A DNA stretch of 64,000 bases. Origin: Chrysomallon squamiferum (taxonomy: Eukaryota > Animalia > Mollusca). The DNA is taken from the NCBI GenBank assembly GCA_012295275.1, contig CM022670.1, positions 36,394,001 to 36,458,000 of the forward strand. The letters are read 5' to 3'. A program made the position numbers and the translations under genes. Under the pieces are notes generated by a model. The model worked only from the letters and a program-made list of their open reading frames with translations. It had not been told where the DNA came from and made no database searches. Below, piece by piece: positions 28,608-56,623 of this stretch (positions are counted from its first letter, which is position 1; every line of letters begins with the position of its first letter).

Positions 28608-29499
28608 AATTCCCTATAGATTTCAGTTATGACATTTTCTCAAGATGATTACATCAAATAATGAAAATAACTGTTGAAATGAAACATTTACAAAGATTTC
28701 TTTAATATTTCAACTCATTCAGTTTCCTTATTTTATAAAACTCTTGTCAGATACATTTAAATAAAAGAATTAACATAAAATGAGTTTATCTTTTGAATAG
28801 AATTTTAAAATACTTTTGTAGAACTTTCTTATCAACCGTGTTACTTTCTTAAAAAAAAAAAAAAAAAAACACAACCTTTGTTGTACTTATCACAATCAGG
28901 ATGTCACAAAAAAAAACCTTTAAATTTAAAAATGACTTTCAGTTGTATTTGATGGTTTAGCCATAATTTTATAGATCAGTTAGCTGTTAATTATATGAAA
29001 TTGTAAAATACAATTTAAAAAATTGTATTATTTTTATTTTTGACAAATAACAAAGCAAAGCATCTGATTTTGTAAAATTAGGTAAGACAGTAATAAATAA
29101 TAAGCAAGTGTTAATGCAGCGTTTGTATATGACAAAACCTGAATAATCAGCTTTGCAAACTAAAATTTATGATAACCGAGTCAAATGAAATAGCAAATGA
29201 AAACAGATCTATGACTTCTTGTGATAAACCATTAATCTGTTATTTTACAATTTTAAATGAATCAGCTCTATTGTATCATTGAAGCATACAAACATAACAC
29301 TTGCAAGTGTGACATTGATCACTCATGATATAATAAACCTCTGCCTTTCATATATTAATTTAAAAAAGAAGAAGATACAAACAAGACTATAATAAATTAA
29401 AAATTATCATAAGATACAAGTATTTACATTCTTATATTTGGTTCCATTTGGCTCCTTAAAAAGCCCAACATTATCCATTTTCATATATAACACTGAGAT

Positions 29500-30653
29500 T
29501 CAGCACGCGCAGCTATCAGTCTTTTCTATGGAACCAGTCTGCATGGCAGATTGTAGACCTCTGTGTTGAGGGCTTCCCCTTATATTGATCACCTGAGGAG
29601 TACCATCTCCTGAAATAGGGGTATGATGTGTTAGATACACTGGCATCATGGGCTTTGAATTTTTAAGTTTATGCGCCACTGTCATAAAAATGGCATCAAC
29701 ATGGTTGGCTTTTTCATCATCTTTGGCTGATGTTTCAAACAGAGGCATGTTGTGAGAATCAGCAAACTTCTGCGCTAGATTAGTGTTCACTGCTATCTTT
29801 TCTTTCATGTCACATTTGTTGCCAACTAAAATCCGTGGGATATCTTTATTGAGATTATGTTGGTCACATTCTTCAATCCACTGAGACATATTTTCAAAGG
29901 AATTCATTTTGGTTACATCATACACAAATATGACAGCATGTACATTTCTATAGTAATGCTGAACCATGCTTTTTCTGAAACGTTCTTGGCCTGCAGTATC
30001 CCATAGCTGAAGCTGAAAACAGAAATAATGTAAAAAGATTCTTAGCATCCTCTGTTTAATTCTCTAAAAGTAACAAATATTAAAATATTTTTATTATGTA
30101 CTTTAACATCTGCTATTCAAAAATACAATAAAAGAAATGTAATAGGCATTAAACTGATAATTTTTCACAAGTTATTTATTTCATCAAATCTTTCATACAA
30201 AGCAAAATAAAATAATTATAAATATAATACTGTAATTTGATTTTTCATTCCATGAGCTAATGATAAGGTTCTATTCACTTTCCAACAGTATTTTGACAGG
30301 TTGTATTAATTTTGTTTTAACAAGTTTGACAAATAAAAGAAACAGACAAATACCTTTATTTGTTCTTTGTCAATGTCTACAGTTTTCTCTCTGAAGTCAA
30401 CGCCAATAGTTGCCTCAGTTTTGTCTGGAAATTTTCCACTACAAAATCTATATGTTAGGCAAGTTTTCCCAACATTGGAGTCACCGATTACAATAATTTT
30501 GAAAATACGACGCTGAGACTGTTTTTCAATAACTTTTACTTTAGTTGTATCTTTTTGTTCCACCTTGTTTTGATCATGATCAACTGTGTTTTCTGCCTCG
30601 CCGTTATTGACAGTTTCTACACTACTGTTGTTCTTGGTTTCCTCATCCATCAT
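29500..30653 (-). CDS. RAB33: Ras-related protein Rab-33 (270 aa)
   Basis: Exons 30354-30653 and 29500-30012 (813 nt). [42 protein letters not shown] and [18 protein letters not shown] are Rab33 signatures. Also GNKCD, FETSAK and a C-terminal CXC (CAC). The start could instead be the second ATG at 30650. Confidence 0.95.
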
Positions 30654-31101
30654 GACCAAATACACAGCTAGAGGCAAGCTGTTTTATACACGTGAGACTG
30701 AAAACAACTGTCAGTGAATATTATTTTCAATAAAAGACTAAAAAACAATTAACAAAGATCTTTCAGCTGTATCAAACGAAACCAAACAGCCATATTTCTG
30801 TCGTCGTAGTGTAATCTCAGGGCATTATGGGAAATATATATTATTTTCGTTCTTTCTTATTTTTAGAAACAAATAATTTTTAATTTAAAATATCACAATA
30901 GATTTTTCTTTACCGCTACAAATTTTATAATTGAAACAAATTAAATAATAAAATAAAATAATTATAACTTATGAACGAGATTTCATCTGGCATAGAGATT
31001 CCGCCATACTTGGAATTCGCACCTCGTGGTGCCGTCTTAGGTCGGCAACTTCAGCCTAATTATATTTAAAAACTTATTATTTTTAATACATTTTAATCAC
31101 A
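30654..31101. promoter_or_regulatory. Compact bidirectional promoter RAB33/NAA15
   Basis: Only 448 bp separate the divergent start codons. CpG-containing patches at about 30770-30830 and 30975-31050; YY1-like CCGCCATACT at 31001. Confidence 0.65.
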
Positions 31102-44441
<13,340 letters not shown>

Positions 44442-47400
44442 GCTATTAAATTGAGACAGGACTGAGTACACCAAACAGCAATGAATTTTTATATCTAAAG
44501 AAGAAAGAAAGAAATAATGATTAAAAAAAAAAAAAAAAAAAAAAAAATTGAAAAATTGTTGATTATGAACTGAACTGTATGTACCATCATTTTTAGGTAC
44601 TGCATTTAATAAACCATGGCAGTTCTTGCATGCCGGAATGTTTGGTTAAAAAGGCTTGCTGCAATAGCCAAGTTAACCTATAATGTGGAAATACTTACGT
44701 AATCTTTGACTACCAGTACTACAGATTTATTAAATGTGTGGAAGAAAAGTGCATGGAGAATGTTTGTTGAACTGTTTGCTTTAAAACCTGTGATAAAATT
44801 AAAACAAAACAAAAAATGATTCTGTTATATAAACCAATTTAAAGAATACAGGGATGTCAGTGCTGTGTACAGATTTTTGTAATGAAAGATGGTCAGATCG
44901 AAAAGTTTCTCAAGGACACTGTGTGTCTAGTTTATTAGCTACTCACCACAGAATTACATCATTCATTCTTCATTTTTTTTTCCCCTCTACAATTCAGAAA
45001 TATTTGCTTCATGTGGATATCAAGATTTCAAAACAGTAGATTTTTGACTAGAAGAAACCATATTCAAAATACTGGAAAGATTATGCTGTAATACATTTAC
45101 AAGACTGTTGAGTAAGACTGAAAGTTTGAAAGGAACTGTATCACGTGTATATATATATAACTCTACATATAATGTAATTGTGTGTTGTTGTTTTTTTGTT
45201 TTTGTTTTTTCTATGGCAGGCACTTCAAGCAGTTAAATGCATGAAGAATAATTTTGTGCTAGTTGAAATAGTTGAATGTGGAAGTGTATATTTTTGAGTA
45301 TTGAAGATAAAACTTGGAACTAAATTTTATTTTTTTAAAAAGAAATAGGGGAGTCATGAACATTTTATTAACGTTAAATGTATTAAAAGCACAAAAATTG
45401 TTAAACTAAAATAATCAATTATCAGGTTTAAAATTGCCTAACATTTGTTTTTGCTGTGAAACAGAATTGAATTAAGTTAAAAAACAACAAAAAAAACAAC
45501 CTGAAGTAATTATCCTTCAGACATTAAAACTTGAAATGCTTGCCATCATTAGGAGATGACTGTATGTATATAGGTTGGTCTGTGCGTGTGTGATGGTGTG
45601 CTGTGTCTTGTTTCAGTTGGTTATGCAGACATGTAAAATGATTTTGTCTTACGGGACTTCAAGCAGAATCAATTTTAGTTGCAGTTGATTCAGGTCAGTA
45701 GATCAAAATTGTTAGTGTTTTTTAAACATTTCCCCCCCCTCATGTATTCTTTTTAATACATTTATAACTGTATAGTGTAATTATTTATTATTTGTGTGTA
45801 TGTCTTCAGAAATGTGTGTGTGTGTTTATATATGTATATACATAAAAAATAAAAAATATATTGGTTGCATATTCCTCTAACACATGAAAAACAAAGTGTA
45901 TGATCTGTCAACATTACATAATTCAGTGTGTGGTTATTCTTTGCCAGAATTTCCCTCAACCTCATTAGTCAGATAATCCTTTTTTTACAGAACTTGTATC
46001 ATACCTTCAGATGATTAATTTTATTCCAAATGTAAATGAAAATGATGTTCCAAGAAAAATTAAGTTTTGATTCCATTATGATTATCATCTTACACAGTTG
46101 TATGTAAACCAGATTTATATAACTGTCCATATTACAGATATTTATTGTTTTGTTGATTTCTTTTCTTTTCTTTTCTTCATTTTTTATTTTATTGTATTTT
46201 TATGTTATTTTGTGGGGGGATGGGATTTATTTTATTTATCTCCAAGTATATCTAATGTATATTATTAGTAATTTATAGAAGAAAAAAATCCTGACATAAA
46301 TATTTTTACATAATTCATTAAACAGTATAAAAAAATGTCACATTTCAGTTACATGGATAAAATAAACAAGATCTCATATTTAATCTATCAACAGATTGTT
46401 GACCAAGGTAAAATTTTAGTTGTTTACAGCTGGAAATAACTCAATGAACTTTTTTTTTTTTTTTTTTTTTTTGTTGTCCCCCAGTTATATAGTTTTAGAT
46501 GAATTTTTAAAATGTCTACTGATATATGTAATAAATTTTTGCTTGTGAAAATCAGCCTTTTGATTTTGTAGAAAACAGGTTTGATGATTATACCGTTGTT
46601 TAAAATGTACATACGGTTAGGATGTTTCATGAGTTGATTCTCATCAGCATTAAACTACACCAAAAATAAATAAATTGATTACAAATCTACAGTAAAAAGT
46701 GAATGAAATTGTTAAAAGCTCAACTTATTATAACTTGCCAGCTGTAAAGAAATATGCTAATACCTTGATGGTCAAATGAATTAGAAATATTAGAACTCTT
46801 TATCAGGCAGTTTTAAGTGAAAGACAAAAACTAGTACCAGGTAACAGGCAAGCTGCAAAAAAAAATGTCCTTTCATGATGTTCACAATACCTAGATAAAC
46901 ATACATAGTCAACAGTGCCTTGCTTGAACATTTTAAAATGTAAACCACATCTGAATAGTATTTCATTTGAAACAGGGAGCAAAGCTTTTCAATACCAGTT
47001 AATTTTGAAAGTTCAGTAGCTAAATAACCCAGATAAATTTTAAAAGAATTTAGTTTAAACTTCGTCATATGGTAGATTTTTGTATGGAGGTTTGCTGTTG
47101 GTGACTATAACTGGAAATTGTTCTTGATTTCTGTAGTTTTTTACAAATACAATTGGGTTGCATCTTTTTTCAACCTTTTTTTTTTTTTTTTCTGTTAACA
47201 CTGAACTAAATTTCATAAAATGCATTTGCTGAGCACTCTTGATTTCTTGATAATGAATTTGTTGTTTCTGTGTGTGTGTGTGTGTTACTTTCATGCAGAG
47301 TGTGACTTACATATGTTGATGAGTGCTAAATATACTGACTGTTTTATAGATGTGATGGCACTGAACACTTCTACCAGTTTATTTCTTTTATTTATAGCTT

Positions 47401-50169
47401 TGGTATTTCCCACAGTTGTTTGCTGAAAAGAATAAAACATTTTACATTGCATTGCAGTATCATTTATCAGGGATTATGAGTTCAAAGATTCATTGCATTG
47501 TGCATTTTTGTCCATGTATTTTTCATCTGAGTTTACATTTTAAATCAAATGAGTTTGAAGTTTCAAAAGAAGAAATTTAAAAAAATAAAATAAAAACAAA
47601 CAAAAAAAAAACAATTCCAAAAAAACAGACCTAATTTATTGAAAATAATTTTTTTTAATGTATGTCTTTATTAATTGTATTTTTGAGAAAGTAAATCTTC
47701 TATTCTGTGATAATAGTAATATATTTTCAAATTCAGAATTGATGTTTTTAATAAGAAAGAAGAACAAATATTTCTGAAAATGTAGCACGTAAACATTTTG
47801 TGGTACCATAAATATCTAAGAATTTTGCATGCTCTTGCTAAACAGTATTTATATTAATAATATATAATGAAACACAATCAACTTTATATCATTTCCAGTC
47901 CAACTGACCACAGCTTTTCAAAATAATAAAAACAATTTAAACACCACTTTGTTGTCGGTGTTTTGGCTTTGTATCAACAATACTTTTATAAAGAGTAACA
48001 AATTATACATATAATAATCATTATAGTTGCAAGTTTATTGTGGATAATTGTTTCTTTTCCTTTTAGCTGTGTAGTGTTTAATACTGTTGACAATGAAGAA
48101 CATTTTAGGGTTATTATCATATTTATTTATTTATTTGGGGGGGGATTATATTTGTTTCATTCTACTTAAAATAAAGATCAGTTTTCAGGGGCAGGGGAGG
48201 CTGAAAATCCACCAATGCAAACTAAATAAAGGAAAATTTTAAAAATACATGCATAAGAATGGAAATGCCAAAGCTACATCAAATAACCTCTTTCAAAGTA
48301 TGTACAGTTCACTTGTTTGTATCTGTAAGGAATTGTAGAATTTCATTTACAACTCTGTACTTTTGAAAACGATGAATAAGCTTGTGAATAAATTTCTTCA
48401 TCTTTTTTTAAAATGTGTTCTTGACAAGAGTTCAGGTTTTTCCAGCTCCATGTGTTTGACGCAGGTTGTTCACAGCATTATTGGAATACAAGCATGTTGC
48501 ACAGTCATTTTTAAAGTTAGTTCAGATTTGGTAAAAAAAAACACCCTAACTTTACTAAGTTATAACAGTTGTGTATTTATTATTATTATTTATTATTATT
48601 ATTATTATTATTTTTATTTATTGTTTTGCGTTGGTTCCCACCCTCACACATTCCCTTTTCTCTTCTTTTCTGTTACATTGGTATATATCTCTGTCTTTCT
48701 CAGGATGAATGCAGGGACCTAAGTTTTGCTATTATTAGTATTATTATTATTATGAGGAAATTCAAAGGCTACCCTTGCCTGCAGATAAAAGTAAAATAAA
48801 CGCAAAAAAAAAAAAAAAATGTTAACAGCAGAACAACAAAAAAAGATATATATAAAAAACTAAAAATAACCAGCAGTAAAGTAACCAAAACAAAAATACT
48901 GCTAATAATAAAACAACAACAATGATAAATTAATTAATAAAAAAAATAATAATTTGAAATAAAATTTTCAAAAATCATTATAATAATAAATAAATAAAAA
49001 ATTAATAATAATACTAATAACAACAATAAAATAAAGCAATAAAACAATGGGAAAAAATGGGTAAATAAAATGAAAATACTAAAGCAATATATATATATAT
49101 ATATATGAAGAGTTTGGTTGCAAAACGCGATAACTCCATTTTCTTTGTTTTGAAATAAAAACGACTGTTTGCTCTGGAGTTCATAACGTTTATGCAACGA
49201 AGGTTTATAGTCTACGGCGGATTGAGATTTGAGGAAAACAATTACGGGGTGTTGAACACCCGTCAAATGCTGAACTTTTGGTGGCGTTTTTGTTTTTTGT
49301 TTTTTAATTTTGGTTTTGGCGTTTATCACTTTTTGGAATTATATATATATACACACACACATACATACATCAAATGATAGTATGATGTCATTTGCTACTC
49401 TTTGGGATGAGCTACCAGTCCTTTTGCAAACAATCTTATATTAGTCTTGCAATTCCAACAAATATTTTTAAAATAGTAATAAAATAAAAATAGCAGAATG
49501 AAATAAAATAAAACAAACAGAACACATAAAACAAATTATAAATAAATAAACAAATAAGTAAAATGAAATAAAAAATAGTAAACAATATATTTTTTGAAAA
49601 TTTAAAAAAAAAAAAAAAAAAAAAAGAAGAAAAGAAAAGAAAAGAATAATGTAACAAATTAAAATAATATTACTAAAATAAAATAAAAATATAATAAAAT
49701 AAAATAATTAGAATATTTATTAAAATATTAATAATACATACACTGAAAACTGAATACCACAGTTTTCGTTTGTAATTTAAAAAATATTTTGGAATTAATT
49801 GAAATACATACCCTGGTGATACGATACCAAATCATGGTAGTCACGGAAATTTAAAGTAATTATTATTATTATTTATTTATTTTTTATTTTTAAAATAATA
49901 TATGAATGATGAATCATTTGCTACTCTAACTGATAAACCACAAGGCTTTTCCAAACGATCTTTAGACTGTTTCCGATTTCTCTAGGTATTCAGGAGTGTG
50001 CTTTTCTGTCTTTTTTTTTTTTTTTTTTTTTCGTTTTAACAAATCTGATAAGCCATGCAAAAACGATAGCTGTTTGTCTGGAACTTATTTTACAACAAGA
50101 ACAATAACAACAACAATAATAAGAAGAAGAAGAAGAAGAAACAACTTATATACACATTCTACACATATA

Positions 50170-50206
<37 letters not shown>

Positions 50207-50351
50207 AAAAGAAAGAAAATGAATCTTTGTTAGTTAGCTACTCCAACATTATTTGTTTATTCGCGTTTTGCATTAAAATGTCTTTATTTGTGTGCTTCAG
50301 TCTGAATTATACAGTTATATAGGCTGCAACATGGTGAAATTTATTTATTAA

Positions 50352-50402
<51 letters not shown>
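50352..50402. repeat. (ATT)n microsatellite
   Basis: Seen directly. A further (ATGATT)n/(ATT)n tract lies at about 50692-50756. Confidence 0.95.
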
Positions 50403-50403
<1 letters not shown>

Positions 50404-50717
50404 CTTCATTAATAATCTACTTGTCCAGTGATAAAAAAAAGAAGAAAAAAAGTAATAATTGATATAAAATCCCAAAATAGTACTGATAACAACATGGGGA
50501 AGAAAAAATAAATGATTGCTTGAAAAGCCGATTAAAATCTGATGCTGATTTCATACCACTAAAATTTAACTACACACAGAAATAAAAATGTTTTGCCAGT
50601 ATTTTAAATTTTGATGTTTACATTATTATTATTCAGAGGTTATTATTCAGAGCTATTTAAATTTTGTTCCATAAATCTTCATTATTATTTTTATGATTAT
50701 GATTATGATTATGATTG

Positions 50718-50756
<39 letters not shown>

Positions 50757-51411
50757 GGAGTTACTTTTTATTTTTATTTTTTTTTTTTTTTGTCGAAAGT
50801 GGACAAACAGAATCTTTTAAAACATTTTATTACATATAAAGAAATTAAAGTCATATAAATTCATATACCTTGAACATAATACGTACATACGTGCATACAT
50901 ACATACAGATATATTATGTACGTATGATATATATTTATGTTTGTATTCATTCATACATGTATATATTCATGTAGTTTACTCGATTAAATACATCAGTATA
51001 TTTGTTCATGTTCACCAAAATGTACACTGAATATAAATAAATATATAGAGCGGCGACCTAGCATTATACGTACTAAACTAAATTTTCTTCAGTTCTTGAT
51101 CATTTTTAACTTATAAACAAGCTTAATACTAAATAATAATATTTATAACTTATTAAAAACATTCTTTTTGAAAACTAGAATGAAATAATTTTAACAAAGC
51201 GAACGACCACTGGCATTATTTATGATAAAAATGAAAGACTTTTTTGTTTTTTTTTGTTTAAATATAATTTTATCAATGAGTAAAAGATAAAAGCGTGCGT
51301 TAAAGATGGTAAATAGAAAATTCATTTTATAAAAGATAATTTTTAAATTTTGGGATCTCCCCCCCCAAAAATAAATAAATAAACTAAAAAATCATTAAGA
51401 AAATTCGATAT

Positions 51412-51427
51412 ATAAATAAATAAATAA

Positions 51428-51472
<45 letters not shown>
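51412..51472. repeat. (AAAT)n/(AT)n microsatellite
   Basis: Seen directly. Confidence 0.9.
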
Positions 51473-51476
<4 letters not shown>

Positions 51477-52057
51477 ATTTTATTATTTTTATTATTTTTA
51501 TTTTTTTTATTTTTGTTTCGCGTAGCCATAGGTACAGTAGGTTAACAGTTTTTAGTATGCTAATGAATGATAATGATTGCTTGGGATCTGTAACAATTCT
51601 TGTTAATTGAAAACGTTATCATCTTCTCTTCAACTGTTAGGGGCTCAGGCAAGCCCAGGCTGGTTTTACGTATTAAATATTGAGGGCAAGGAATCTACAA
51701 AGATGACATTCCCAGATAATAGGCATCTTTTTGCCAATTAAATTAAAAAAAAACCCTAAAACAAGCAAATAAAAAGGTAACTGAAAGAGAATTAAAAAAA
51801 ATAAAAAAAAAAAAATAAAAAGAAACTATCATTATAATAATAATAATAATTATTATTATTATTTTATTTTATTTTTATATAAATCGTAGTTTTTTAGAAT
51901 GTGTTAAAAATCTGTGTGTGTGTGTTTTATGTAAAAAAAAAATATAACCATTAATCTTTTTAATGATAATGATAACAACAGCAACAACAGCATCAACGAC
52001 AATAATAACGAAAATAAACCTAATAAAATTAATATATTATAATGCAAAATCTGTTTT

Positions 52058-52061
<4 letters not shown>

Positions 52062-52104
<43 letters not shown>
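52062..52104. repeat. (GA)n microsatellite
   Basis: Seen directly. Confidence 0.95.
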
Positions 52105-52108
<4 letters not shown>

Positions 52109-52961
52109 TATATTCAAGAAATTATCATTTCGATATACACAGAAAATAGCTTATTTAGTCTTTTTTTTTATTATTATTATTTTTTTATTTTCCTAAACCA
52201 TATTACTACTTAATTAACTAAACTAACTGGTGAATACTAGTATATCTTCTTCTTTCATTTAAAAACTACATCCACTAAATCCTGTTGCACTTTTTTTTTT
52301 TTCTTCTACTGTAACTCAACGCTGTTCTATTGAGCAGTCACCTGCACAAACACGTGAAAAACATACCTCGATGGATGGAAACCTCTAACAGTTTGCGTGA
52401 CCAAGGAAATAGTTATATCAGATTTTCAGAATCACCTGGCAGTCAGAAACACACAAATTAGGCGCTAGTTTAAGAAAAGAATATAAAAGTGACCACTGAT
52501 GGAAGATTTGGCAGTGCAGCACTGGCAGTTGTGAGCAAACCATTGAGGCTCCAGAACGGAGAAATGTGGAGATGACAGATATACAGGTAAGATTCATTAT
52601 TATTTTGTTTGCTCTCTTTTTTTTTTTTCTTCCCATTTTTATTTATTTATTTTATCATATTTATTAGTATATGCTTTAAAAAAAACTAAACTAATTTCGA
52701 GACTGATACGATGGTGAAATATTTTAGTAGCATGAACATTTTTTTTTTGCAATCTGTTTATTTTTTTAATGAAAAGAAAGAAAGAAAGAAAGAAAGAAAA
52801 AGAAAATATACTTTTATAAGAAATTCTTTAAAAATTAACAAAATCCTTATAGTAATTTTATGTTTAAAATTTTAACAGAATATTTGTTTTCTTGCCTTTA
52901 TTATTACTGTAACTGAAATAAAATAAAAAGAAAGAAAGAAAGAAAGAAAAAGGCGGAGTCC

Positions 52962-52998
<37 letters not shown>

Positions 52999-53375
52999 AG
53001 AAATTTGCTTTGCATCTAATACAACAGAATTACACAGAATAATTTAAATAAGTATATAAATGATAGAAATGATTTTTTTTTTTTTCCAGCTTGGTTCCAG
53101 ATGAACTTCAAATATTTGCACGCCGATGAGGTTTTGTAAGATGGTCATTGGTGGATAAATATTCAATGACCTTCTAACGATACCCATTGTTGTTTAATTT
53201 CACACAACCGTAACGAGGTGTAAAAAGAGATCCAAACTGTCCACTATGACGCAACAATGACACATGAAGGTAGTAAGCACCCACCACCACAGCAGAAAAG
53301 ACAAATAAACCGAATTTTAAATAAATTTGATACTGAAAATGTATAATTATAATGAATCTATCGACGACGTCTGTA

Positions 53376-53377
<2 letters not shown>

Positions 53378-53436
<59 letters not shown>
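53378..53436. repeat. (AAT)n microsatellite
   Basis: Seen directly. Confidence 0.95.
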
Positions 53437-53438
<2 letters not shown>

Positions 53439-56197
53439 GTATTAAGAACTGATAACTGGCGGATTCTGTCGAGCAGCAGTAGTTTGGTGTAAGGCTGATG
53501 TCCAAGTTTTAAAATGACTTAACTGGACGTGTTTTACACCGATCTATTTCAGCTCCAATTACGACTACTCGAAATCAAGTTAAATATCAGTTAAACCTGT
53601 TTGACATCAGGTTTGCCTGACTGAAGAAGAAGAGGAAAGAGAAAAAAAAAAAAAAAATTACTTCCCAATATGTTTTTTTTTTTTTTTTTTTTTGTTCTGT
53701 TGCTAAGGCCTTTCTCTTGTAGTAAAGGTGTCTTAAACCGAATGAATCAAATATATGCTAATTGTCACACAGTGAAAATGCTTCTTCCGGATCGTCGGAA
53801 ATGAACCGTATTAATAGTGGGTTTATCAAAGACTGTTTAATTTACGTGAGCTTTATGCACCCCGGAAACGTTTAATAACAGACAGATTGTTTTTAAATAT
53901 ACACACATTTATCTCGTTTTATCACATCCACATACGAGGCACATAGCCAACGATGGGCCCGTTTAAGAACTATCACGTAATTCAAAAGAAATTTCCTATT
54001 CCTTCGAACACAGAATCATAATTAGCCCACTAAAACCTGATGTAATATTATAGATAACGATATTAAATGCATAAAGAAATAGCCCAAACCGTCCCCATTC
54101 CCGTTTTATATTGTAAAACAACTTAAGATATCATTATTGATTTCCTGATGGCATTAGCAATGACTTGAAAACAAACGTGAGTGTATAATGTGAATGCAGG
54201 CGATGTAAACGGTTCATAGTTTTTAAAATATACTATTTGTTTTTCTCCACAGATTCATTCGTTAATACTCACTAGCTCACTGAACGATCAAAATAAGTGT
54301 CTGTAACTTTTTATTATTCTCCAAGACAACAGGGCAACTACTGGGGTATTTTTGGGCAGAAATTCATAATATCAGAAAGTTCGTTTGTAATGTCAAAATC
54401 AGTTGATCACTAATGATGGTGAAATGAGATTTGACAGTATATCATTTTGTATAAACATATAGTTTTCATGAATTTCTTCAATTAAAAACAATCCTGAATT
54501 TTACAAATGGCTACACAAATATGTGGTATACGGATATAAGACCCTCCCCCGATCCAGAAGTGCACAGGTGGGCAAAAGCCATCCCACTAGTGAAAAAAAC
54601 AAGGTAGAGCAAAAGCCCCTCCATAGATAAGAACAAAGTAGTACAAACTCCCCACAAATTAAAAAAACATATTCTATCATTGTTAAATTTAATTTTCCCT
54701 GACACCTAATTATCAAAAACATGGAATTTATGTATTAGTTATTCGGTCAAGTAAATTAGATATGATCAGCTTTAAGAACTGACCAGATAAAATTAATCCA
54801 CATAATTAGCCCTTATTAAGGTGTCATAGCAGACCTTAGAAAATATAAAATGTTTTTGTCATGAAGCCAAAGTATCCAATGAGGTCTGGAGTTTTCATCA
54901 ACTATTGATATTATTTTTGGAAATTATACTGAGTTTTGAAAATGGCAAAATTCCTCAAAACCTCATGTGATTGTATATGCTTTGAAATAAATCCTCTGTT
55001 CATACTGAATCTTCGATCTTAATTGTGATTACTGTTGCAGTACTTTCATAATAATAAAGTTGATTAAACACACACTAAAGTGACAATCATGCCATTATTA
55101 TGCTGATTTTGATAAATATGTACATAACTAGTTATTCTTTAATAAAATGGTTGTTTGCAAAACTGCTTTTTTCTTTTGTCCTGCTACACATTCCATGAGG
55201 AGGCGGGCTTTTGTCCTACCTTTTTTGTTTGTTTTTTTCACAGGGAAGTCTTTGTCTGCATGTGCTTTCATGGACTCTGGGTGTCCTGGGGGCTTACCTC
55301 CTATAATCAAATTTAAATATCCCATTTGGATTGTTAATAAAATTGTTGCTTTTATACGTATTTAAATTAAAATTTTTGCAGTAATTAATAGTTCATCCCC
55401 ACTTTTTATGGTATATATTGGCAACTATAAGACCTCTTCATTGGTTGGTTTACTGAATTACGTGCAAGATACACGAATGCATAACATTGCAATGTTCCAC
55501 CACCAGAATTTGCCAACACTGAGAAAAGAGGATGCAGTAAAGTATTGGTCATGTGTGAGTGAACATTCTGTTAGAATCTAGGTCCGGTTGAAGTAGTAAT
55601 AGTAAATATTGCTGCAGCTTTCTGCTGAAATACCAGTGTTGTAAAATAAAAAAAAACTGGCATCCTTCACTCTATCGTTTATTTGTAAATACATATTATT
55701 TAGTAAATAATATCATTTTCATTATCTGAAATGTGAATATTACATTTTTATGACTGCCTTATTTTACAAAAATTTAACACTGTAGTCTTTTTTTAAATGC
55801 TCTAAAAAAAAAGATAATATCTTTGAAAGAGACAGCTTTTCATCATTTAAACCAGCAGATGTGAAGGTTAAATTTGAATACAAAACATCAGACTAAACTA
55901 TGAAAACTTAAAACACCAGATTTTATTCTGAATGTAATCATGATTATATATCAATGTGAATTTCTTATTATAACATTCTACTGTTTTCAAAATTTATTAA
56001 CACTAATTCATTAATTTAAAAACTTTTATTAAATATAAACTTAACATTCAGTTTATGTAAAATAATATAAAAATAATATCAATAACAGTTAATAACTCAT
56101 AAATATTTGCTTTAATATATATTTAATAAATGTTTTACTTTCTACCATTGCTAGAAGAATGTCTAACAATTATTTCCTGGTTTTAAAAATATTTTTT

Positions 56198-56200
<3 letters not shown>

Positions 56201-56275
<75 letters not shown>

Positions 56276-56303
56276 CATAATCATAATCATAATAATAATA
56301 ATA
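56201..56303. repeat. (AAT)n/(AATCAT)n microsatellite
   Basis: Seen directly. Confidence 0.95.
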
Positions 56304-56623
56304 AAATAATTGATATAAAATAATAATAAAACACTAAATCCACATCGTTTCAAATGTTACTTGTGCTTTATTTGAACAATTCAAGGATTCACAAAATTTA
56401 AGATTTGTAATTCAAATATTTCTTCTTGAACAGCAACAATGTTGCATGAAATTAATTAACCTTGTGAAGAGTGCCACATAATTTTCAGTTCTCAAAAGCA
56501 GTTTTTATTAATCTTTCTGGCTCAGTTATACTTCTTTCAATCCAGATCCACAGCTAGAAATATATCAACAGTATGTTTGGCTAACCAGACAAATATACAT
56601 ACATTATACATATATTTATTAAA

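Noticed and set aside
48380-48510. Minus-strand peptide ELEKPELLSRTHFKK resembling tyrosine-recombinase element motifs
   Set aside because: Too short and interrupted by stops to support a call.
49254-49263. GC hairpin ACGGGGTGTTGAACACCCGT (about 49244-49263) as a Helitron 3' end or terminator
   Set aside because: No CTRR end follows, no other element features are present, and intrinsic terminators do not apply in this eukaryotic context.
49388-49980. Two diverged copies starting TCATTTGCTACTCT preceded by ATGATG(A), with 10 nt complementary to 28S AGUAGCAAAU (U24/U76-like?)
   Set aside because: The complementarity does not abut a D or D' box, there is no terminal stem or properly placed box D, and it is not in a known intron. 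Treated as a short dispersed repeat.
44854-52200. Many 60-130 aa ORFs rich in F/I/L/Y/K
   Set aside because: Products of AT-rich low-complexity DNA, microsatellites and probable NAA15 3'UTR.
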